Of a stretch of 64,000 nt of DNA, positions 58,106 to 64,000 are shown piece after piece. Both the position numbers and the translations under genes were made by a program. Positions within the stretch are counted from its first letter, which is position 1, and every line of letters begins with the position of its first letter. The stretch covers positions 62,005-126,004 of the forward strand of contig JAXHVT010000023.1 in assembly GCA_034188985.1 (NCBI GenBank). Reading direction: 5' to 3'. Source of the DNA: Actinomycetota bacterium (lineage in GTDB: Bacteria; Actinomycetota; Geothermincolia; Geothermincolales; RBG-13-55-18). The notes beneath the pieces were generated by a model, which saw only the letters and a program-made list of their open reading frames with translations, did no database searches and was not told the origin of the DNA.

Positions 58106-58838
58106 AGGAAGAAAGGCGCGGGATATGCGGCCTATGAAGATCGTGCGCAACTGCATGATGTATGCGGAGGGATCCGCCCGGGTGGAGATGGGCAATACCA
58201 TCGTGATATGCACCGCCAGCTTGGAATATCGCGTACCCCAGTTCCTGAGGGGCACTGGGAAAGGATGGGTGACGGCGGAATACTCCATGCTTCCCCGCTC
58301 CACCCAGGAGAGAATCAACAGGGAGTCCTCGATCGGAAGGCAAGGGGGCAGAACCCTGGAGATACAGAGGCTTATAGGCCGATCCCTGAGGGCGGTAACC
58401 GATCTGGAGGCACTGGATGAATATACCCTTTGGATCGACTGCGACGTTATCCAGGCCGATGGGGGCACCAGGACGGCGGCGATAAACGGCGCCTACGTCG
58501 CTCTGCACGACGCCTTTCGGGGCATGGTCGAGAACAGGAAGTTGAAGGAGCTTCCCCTCTCCGATTTCGTAGCGGCCGTGAGCGTGGGCATGGTCGACGA
58601 ACGGCCTCTCCTGGACCTCGATTTCGAGGAGGATTCACGGGCGGACGTGGACATGAACGTGGTCATGACCGGCGACGAAAGGCTGATAGAGATACAGGGA
58701 ACAGCGGAGAAAAAGGCCTTTACCCGTGGGGAGCTCGACGAGATGCTGCAGCTAGCCCAGGAGGGCATCCAGAAAATGATTGATCTGCAGAAGCGGGTTT
58801 TGATGTCCGAGAACGGGATCGCCGCTTCGGGGGATTGA
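58092..58838 (+). CDS. rph: Ribonuclease PH
   Basis: ...RNCMMYAEGSARVEMGNTIVICTAS...DCDVIQADGGTRTAAINGA... is the RNase PH signature. ATG 58092 follows a GGAGG SD. Confidence 0.9.
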   Translation: MPRNEGRKARDMRPMKIVRNCMMYAEGSARVEMGNTIVICTASLEYRVPQFLRGTGKGWVTAEYSMLPRSTQERINRESSIGRQGGRTLEIQRLIGRSLRAVTDLEALDEYTLWIDCDVIQADGGTRTAAINGAYVALHDAFRGMVENRKLKELPLSDFVAAVSVGMVDERPLLDLDFEEDSRADVDMNVVMTGDERLIEIQGTAEKKAFTRGELDEMLQLAQEGIQKMIDLQKRVLMSENGIAASGD

Positions 58839-59464
58839 AAGTGATCCGTAAACGGCTGGTTTTAGCCACCCGCAACGCCGGAAAGATAAAGGAATTGCGG
58901 GACCTTCTGAGGGATATGCCCGTCGATATCCTTACCCACCGTGATCTCGATGGATGGCCCGATATGGAGGAAACAGGCGATACCTTCGAGGAGAATGCGG
59001 CCATCAAGGCCGAGACCATGGCGGCGTGGAGCGGCTTTCCAGCCCTGGCGGACGACTCGGGGCTGGAGGTGGAGGCGCTGGGAGGCGCCCCGGGGGTTAT
59101 AAGTGCTCGCTATAGCGGGAGCGAGGGGGGTGATGCCGCGAATATCGCCCACCTGCTGTGGGAACTGGAGGGGATACCGCAGGGAAAGAGGGGTGCCCGT
59201 TTCGCCTGCGTGCTCACCCTGGCGTATCCCCCCGAAGCCTCCCTGGAGGTCAGGGACATATGCGAGGGGGATATTATGCAGGAGCCAAGGGGTGAGGGCG
59301 GTTTCGGTTACGACCCCGTATTCCTGCCGAGGGGCATGAGCCGCACCATGGCCGAGCTCACCCGTGAGGAGAAGAACGCCATCAGCCACCGCGGGAAGGC
59401 GCTGCGCCGCCTGCGCGCGCTACTGGAGGCGGGCCAGCCCGCATGGTTCTGGGAAAAAGGCTGA
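58835..59464 (+). CDS. rdgB: dITP/XTP pyrophosphatase (RdgB/Ham1)
   Basis: LVLATRNAGKIKEL...FGYDPVF...EKNAISHRGKA motifs. Classic rph-rdgB pair. Confidence 0.85.
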   Translation: MKVIRKRLVLATRNAGKIKELRDLLRDMPVDILTHRDLDGWPDMEETGDTFEENAAIKAETMAAWSGFPALADDSGLEVEALGGAPGVISARYSGSEGGDAANIAHLLWELEGIPQGKRGARFACVLTLAYPPEASLEVRDICEGDIMQEPRGEGGFGYDPVFLPRGMSRTMAELTREEKNAISHRGKALRRLRALLEAGQPAWFWEKG

Positions 59465-59489
59465 AGGCCTGGGCCCTCAGCCTTAGCTT

Positions 59490-59565
59490 TGGAGCGGGAG
59501 ACGGGATTCGAACCCGCGACACCGAGCTTGGAAGGCTCGTACTCTACCAACTGAGCTACTCCCGC
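59490..59565 (-). tRNA. tRNA-Gly(TCC)
   Basis: Reverse complement GCGGGAGUAGCUCAGUUGGUAGAGUACGAGCCUUCCAAGCUCGGUGUCGCGGGUUCGAAUCCCGUCUCCCGCUCCA folds as a cloverleaf. Anticodon loop CUUCCAA. Confidence 0.85.
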
Positions 59566-59656
59566 ATGATGACAGACCATATTTTATCATAGCAGCACCC
59601 GATGTCCGATGCCGGTGAACGAACCCATCCCCGTGGATCATGAGCGCCCAGAACCC

Positions 59657-59780
59657 AAAACGTCAGAAGACGGGGTCACTAACATCGGACGTTTTCGGGG
59701 ACTGGAACATGAATGGCCTCAACCGTATCGCTATCCTGCGATGAGCTCCAGGCATCAGGCCGTGGCTGACCCCGGTGCAT
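59657..59780. repeat. Dispersed repeat family, copy D (long form) between tRNA-Gly and tRNA-Pro
   Basis: aaaacgtcagaagacggggtcactaacatcggacgttttcgg has terminal inverted arms AAAACGTC/GACGTTTT. It is followed by ~80 nt alignable with copy C. Confidence 0.5.
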
Positions 59781-59801
59781 GGGGTGATATAATCTTGGCG
59801 T

Positions 59802-59879
59802 CGGGGTGTAGCGCAGCTTGGTTAGCGCGCATGCTTTGGGAGCATGAGGTCGGCGGTTCAAGTCCGCCCACCCCGACCA
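59802..59879 (+). tRNA. tRNA-Pro(TGG)
   Basis: CGGGGUGUAGCGCAGCUUGGUUAGCGCGCAUGCUUUGGGAGCAUGAGGUCGGCGGUUCAAGUCCGCCCACCCCGACCA; anticodon loop UUUGGGA. A TATAAT lies at 59787-59792. Confidence 0.85.
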
Positions 59880-59933
59880 GATTTTGAGGCCATGAACACC
59901 GGTGCTCTTGATCGATGTTTAGGGGGGAGAGAG

Positions 59934-60560
59934 ATGCCCGAGGAAACAGGCTGGTTTGTACCGACCATACAGTTTGGAAAGGAGGACGTTTTTCTCTTTG
60001 AGGATTGGGAGGAAACGCCGGTAGGGCCTTACAGGGCCGTCTTTCATTTCAACCCCGACGATTTCCGCACCCTCTACGCCTCCACGCCGGAGGGTGGGGA
60101 TTTCGTCTCGAGCGTTCACCGCTTCGACGAAAAAAACGTAGTCGAGGTGAAATCGAGGCGAAACGGCGGCAGGTGGACCATAGAGGCGGACACGGGGGAT
60201 AAGGGCCCGCTGAAGATAGAGATAGACTACCGCGAGACCGGCCTGCTCAAGCTGGTGAATCCCATCGCTGCATATACTCCGAAGGCGATCGCCCGCAATG
60301 CCCTGTACTGCCGGCTGCTTCCCCGTATCGCCGGCCCCATGCTGGGGATTGACTCCGACCAGAAGATCGCGGCGGAGACGGAGATGGGACGTAAGGGCTG
60401 TTTCCAGATGTACAGGATCTACAGGGTTATCGCCGCCACCTGCACCTGGGGCGACAGGGATATGGGCCCCCTCGAGGATTGCTGCTACGATCACGACATA
60501 GGCGGTTTTAAGTTAACCACCAAGCCCATTATCAGTTATCTCACCCTCTATCTGGACTAG
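59934..60560 (+). CDS. Hypothetical protein
   Basis: 208-aa ORF after a GGGGGGAGAGAG SD. The ORF-track start (59844) would overlap tRNA-Pro. No recognised motif. Confidence 0.45.
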   Translation: MPEETGWFVPTIQFGKEDVFLFEDWEETPVGPYRAVFHFNPDDFRTLYASTPEGGDFVSSVHRFDEKNVVEVKSRRNGGRWTIEADTGDKGPLKIEIDYRETGLLKLVNPIAAYTPKAIARNALYCRLLPRIAGPMLGIDSDQKIAAETEMGRKGCFQMYRIYRVIAATCTWGDRDMGPLEDCCYDHDIGGFKLTTKPIISYLTLYLD

Positions 60561-60715
60561 CCCGCCTCCGCGCGAGAAAGACAGGGGAGGTCGGGAACTT
60601 GTCGGCAGGGCATAGCGGAGATATCATTAACCACTGAGCAATCAGCGATCAGGCTCGACCCATGTGGGCGTGTATCACGGGGACGGGTCGATGTTGGTCG
60701 AGGGGAGCCGGTGGG

Positions 60716-62218
60716 ATGCTCAAACCTACTCGGAAGGATCTGCGCAACATCTTCCACAACGTGGGGGGAGTCCTCATGCTGCTCGGATTATGCATGCTGG
60801 TCCCCCTCATCATCAGCGTGGTCGCGAAGGAATGGGGGACGGTCATCGATTTCGCCATCTCCGCTTTCGTCACCGTCGGGGTGGGCAACCTGCTCTATTT
60901 CGGCCTGCGTTCCCGCGGCAGGGTCACCTGGAACCAGGGCCTGGTTATCGTGGCTCTCTCCTGGTTTCTGGCCATGCTCTTCTCCGCCATCCCCCTCTAC
61001 CTGTCTGGCCATTTCGCCTCCTATCTCGACGCCTGTTTCGATTCCATGTCCGGCCTGGCCACCACCGGCCTGGCCCTTATCCACGACCTGGATCACCTTG
61101 CTTACGGCATGAACTTCTGGCGCCATCTAATCATGTTCCTGGGTGGCCAGGGGATCGTCATCCTGGTCATAGCCTACTTCGTCGCCGGCTCCAGCACCGC
61201 GACTCAGATGTACACGGGCGAGGGCCGGGAGAGCATCATGCCCAACGTTATCGAGAGTTCCCGCTTCATATGGAAGGTCAGCGTCATCTACTTGGCCGTA
61301 GGCACCATTTCGCTGGGCCTCTGTCTGCTCTTCCAGGGCATGGCGCCCGTGCGGTCCTTCTTCCAGTCTTCCTGCTTATTCATGGCCGGATTCGATACCG
61401 GGGGCTTCACCCCCCAGGCACTGAGCATCATCTATTACCACAGCATGCCGGTGGAGTTGATCACCATAGCCTTCATGCTCCTGGGCATGTTCAATTTCGC
61501 CGTGCAGTACGAGGTATGGAACCGCCGTCCCCGCGAACTGGTCAGGAACATCGAGACGCGGACTCTTACCTTCACCGTCCTGGCCACCATGGTGCTGGTG
61601 ATAGCCGGCTTGTGCATAGTGGGGGCCTTCGGCTCCTTCGAGGCCACCCTGCGCCGGGGTGCCTACCAGCTAATATCGGGCCACAGCGGTACCGGATTCA
61701 TGACCGTATACGGCACCCAGATGGGGATGCGCTGGGGCGAGATAGCGCTCTTCGGGCTGATTATAGCCATGGGCCTGGGGGGCTGCGCCTGCTCGACATC
61801 CGGGGCTATCAAGGCTTTCCGGGTGGGGGTGGTGTTCAAGTGGCTGAAGCTCAAGATAAAGCAGGCCCTGTCCCCGGCCTCCGCGGTGGTCATAGAGCGC
61901 ATCCACCACGTAAAGGATTTTACCATGACCGAGGGGCTGGTCGGCGCCGCTCTGCTGACCACCCTGCTCTACATCGGGCTCTACCTGCTAGGGGCCCTGG
62001 TAGGTCTATTCTACGGCTACGGCTTTACCGCCTCCGCCTTCGAGTCGGTATCCGCGGCGGGCAATGTGGGCATGACCACCGGCGTTACCCATTACACCAT
62101 GCCGGTATTTCTAAAGATCGTATATATAGTCGAGATGTGGGCCGGAAGGCTGGAGATACTGGCCGTGGTGGCCATGTTCGCCTACTTCTTTAACTTCCTG
62201 AGGAGGGGGCGGCGTTGA
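60716..62218 (+). CDS. trkH: TrkH/KtrB-family cation (K+) transporter
   Basis: 500 aa polytopic; repeated M-P-M units with SGLATTG-type selectivity motifs. Confidence 0.8.
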   Translation: MLKPTRKDLRNIFHNVGGVLMLLGLCMLVPLIISVVAKEWGTVIDFAISAFVTVGVGNLLYFGLRSRGRVTWNQGLVIVALSWFLAMLFSAIPLYLSGHFASYLDACFDSMSGLATTGLALIHDLDHLAYGMNFWRHLIMFLGGQGIVILVIAYFVAGSSTATQMYTGEGRESIMPNVIESSRFIWKVSVIYLAVGTISLGLCLLFQGMAPVRSFFQSSCLFMAGFDTGGFTPQALSIIYYHSMPVELITIAFMLLGMFNFAVQYEVWNRRPRELVRNIETRTLTFTVLATMVLVIAGLCIVGAFGSFEATLRRGAYQLISGHSGTGFMTVYGTQMGMRWGEIALFGLIIAMGLGGCACSTSGAIKAFRVGVVFKWLKLKIKQALSPASAVVIERIHHVKDFTMTEGLVGAALLTTLLYIGLYLLGALVGLFYGYGFTASAFESVSAAGNVGMTTGVTHYTMPVFLKIVYIVEMWAGRLEILAVVAMFAYFFNFLRRGRR

Positions 62219-62805
62219 AGAAGATAATCCTGCTCCTGATGCTGGCGGTGGCCGTCATGGCCCTCTTCACCGTCCCGGCGACGGCGCGGGGGGAGGGGAC
62301 CGAGGTCACTGTCTCTCAACTGTTGGAGGACTGGGAGGAATACGACGGGCGTGAGGTTATCCTGTGCGGCGAGGTGGTGGGGGACGTCATGGCCAGGGGC
62401 GAATACGCCTGGATAACCGTAAACGACGATACCTACAGCCGCCAGGCCCTGCATGAGGAGGGAACCCTGGACGGGCAGAACAGCGGCATCGGGGTGTGGC
62501 TCCCGACCGGCGAGGCGGAGAAGATAGGGCGGCTGGGCAGGTACGGGAGCATGGGCGATTTCGTAGAGGTGCGGGGTATATTCCGTGCCGATGACGAGCA
62601 GCACGGCGGGGATTTCGATATCCAGGGCCAGTCATTGACTATCCTGGAGAAGGGGCGGTCGGTGGACACTTCCCCAGACGGCTGGGAGTACTTCGCGCTG
62701 GGAGCGGCACTGCTGTTTCTACTGGTAAGCCTGACCCCCATCCTCAAGCGGAGGGCGCTCGAGATGCAGAGAGCCAAGGCTCTCCTGGCCCGTGAGGAGG
62801 ACTAA
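62215..62805 (+). CDS. Secreted OB-fold (YgiW/BOF-like) protein with C-terminal TM anchor
   Basis: TTG start overlapping the trkH stop (TTGA). Signal peptide MKKIILLLMLAVAVMALFTVPATA, BOF-like TVSQLLEDWEEYDGREVILCGEVV, C-terminal hydrophobic helix. Confidence 0.45.
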   Translation: MKKIILLLMLAVAVMALFTVPATARGEGTEVTVSQLLEDWEEYDGREVILCGEVVGDVMARGEYAWITVNDDTYSRQALHEEGTLDGQNSGIGVWLPTGEAEKIGRLGRYGSMGDFVEVRGIFRADDEQHGGDFDIQGQSLTILEKGRSVDTSPDGWEYFALGAALLFLLVSLTPILKRRALEMQRAKALLAREED

Positions 62806-62839
62806 GCCGTCACCCGTTACCGGTCTTACTTAAAAAAAA

Positions 62840-62916
62840 TGGGGTGAGGGACGGGACTTGAACCCGCGACCTCTGGGGCCACAACCCAGTGCTCTACCTG
62901 CTGAGCTACCCCCACC
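62840..62916 (-). tRNA. tRNA-His(GTG)
   Basis: Reverse complement GGUGGGGGUAGCUCAGCAGGUAGAGCACUGGGUUGUGGCCCCAGAGGUCGCGGGUUCAAGUCCCGUCCCUCACCCCA. Has the extra 5' G(-1) typical of tRNA-His. Anticodon loop UUGUGGC. Confidence 0.85.
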
Positions 62917-62928
62917 ATATTATTATCC

Positions 62929-63004
<76 letters not shown>

Positions 63005-63238
63005 ATATCATACCGGGGGAAATATCCCTCCCGACAAGGTGAATTATAGCATGGGACAGCCTCGCATTGTCTCGTTGCCGGAGCAAGTTGCCGTGATAGA
63101 ATGAGGTCATATCGGAGCGCCCAGCGGCTTGCTTCCAACGTATTCTCAGGCCGCGGAAGCCATGCCCTTTGTCTTGGGCTTTGACGTTTGCCATGCCCCT
63201 TTCCCTGTAGTAGCATTAATTACGTTCCACCGGGACGG

Positions 63239-63323
63239 GCGAGAGTGGCGGAATAGGCAGACGCGCTGGGTTTAGGACCCAGTGGGTAAAACCGTGGGGG
63301 TTCGAATCCCCCCTCTCGCACCA
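63239..63323 (+). tRNA. tRNA-Leu(TAG), long variable arm
   Basis: GCGAGAGUGGCGGAAUAGGCAGACGCGCUGGGUUUAGGACCCAGUGGGUAAAACCGUGGGGGUUCGAAUCCCCCCUCUCGCACCA. Anticodon loop UUUAGGA. Confidence 0.8.
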
Positions 63324-63407
63324 AGCTTTCCTGCACCTGATATCGGGTGGGGATTATTTATCAGACATCGAGTGTAAGTGAATGATAGATGGGAAGGAGC
63401 TCTAGAG

Positions 63408-64000
63408 GTGGCAGTAAAGGCAGAGAAGGAAGTGCTGGAGGGTAACAAGGTGAAGATCAAGGTGGAGGTTCCCGCCGAGGAAGTGGACGGAGCCATCGAC
63501 CGCGCCTTCCGCGATATCTCCAGAGAGGTTTTCATCCCCGGATTCCGTAAGGGGAAGGTCCCGAAGAGGGTGCTGCAGGCCAGGCTGGGCATGGACGCCA
63601 TTTACGAAGAGGTAAAGCAGTCCAACCTGCCAGATTACTATGCCGAAGCACTGGACCAGCTGGGTATAAAGCCCATAGATGAGCCCGATATAGACATCGA
63701 AGAGCTCGAGATCGAGGAGGGTAAGCCCCTGGTCTTCGAGGCCGAGGTGGAGATAAAGCCCCAGGTGGAGCTGGAGGGGTATATAGGGATAGAGGTCGAG
63801 AAGCCTGACGAGGAAGTTGCCGACGAAGATATCGACAAAGCCCTGGAGAGCGTGAGGGAGAATTTCGCTCAGCTGGAGGTGGCCTCGGGGAAGGCATTGG
63901 ACGACGGCGATTACGCCCTCATCGACTACACCGGTACCGTCAACGGCGAGCCCTTCGGGGGCAGCAACGCTAAGGATATGATGCTGGAGTTGGGCACCGA
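63408..64000 (+). CDS. tig: Trigger factor, 3'-truncated by window edge
   Basis: GTG start after a GGAAGGAG SD. VAVKAEKEVLEGNKVKIKVEVPAEEVDGAIDRAFRDISREVFIPGFRKGKVPKRVLQARLG... is the canonical TF N-terminus. Runs off the window, so absent from the ORF track. Confidence 0.85.
   Translation, partial: MAVKAEKEVLEGNKVKIKVEVPAEEVDGAIDRAFRDISREVFIPGFRKGKVPKRVLQARLGMDAIYEEVKQSNLPDYYAEALDQLGIKPIDEPDIDIEELEIEEGKPLVFEAEVEIKPQVELEGYIGIEVEKPDEEVADEDIDKALESVRENFAQLEVASGKALDDGDYALIDYTGTVNGEPFGGSNAKDMMLELGT

Overview
High-GC (~62%) bacterial chromosomal window, almost fully coding. The ORF track uses ATG/GTG/TTG starts and omits edge-truncated ORFs. 1-24.2 kb is a large glycan-assembly island: five GT4 and four GT2 glycosyltransferases (one GtrB-like polyprenyl-phosphate-sugar synthase), wecB, a GDP-6-deoxyhexose (GDP-D-rhamnose-type) pathway (rmd-like, manC, gmd), three large polytopic GT-C-like membrane proteins, several small membrane proteins, and an embedded RHH-MntA/HepT-like toxin-antitoxin pair. 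Two of the polytopic proteins share a DPYY[YH] first-loop motif reminiscent of STT3/AglB oligosaccharyltransferases. Convergent with the island is a Ser/Thr kinase with a seven-fold repeat (beta-propeller-like) ectodomain. The remainder is housekeeping: ahcY-mtnA, comF, flgM-like, hpf, two tandem 7TM-HD(-GYP) paralogs, secA, prfB with its programmed +1 frameshift, split transketolase, ftsEX-ctpA, a tungsten-type AOR, smpB plus tmRNA, GMC oxidoreductase, murI, rph-rdgB, trkH, five tRNAs and tig (partial). Three metabolic genes are disrupted by frameshifts and in-frame stops: a thiolase, a dodecin and a PreA-like dehydrogenase. A ~45-nt palindromic repeat family recurs in four intergenic regions. 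A 0.9-kb ORF-free structured region sits upstream of hpf. No CRISPR array or obvious transposase was seen.
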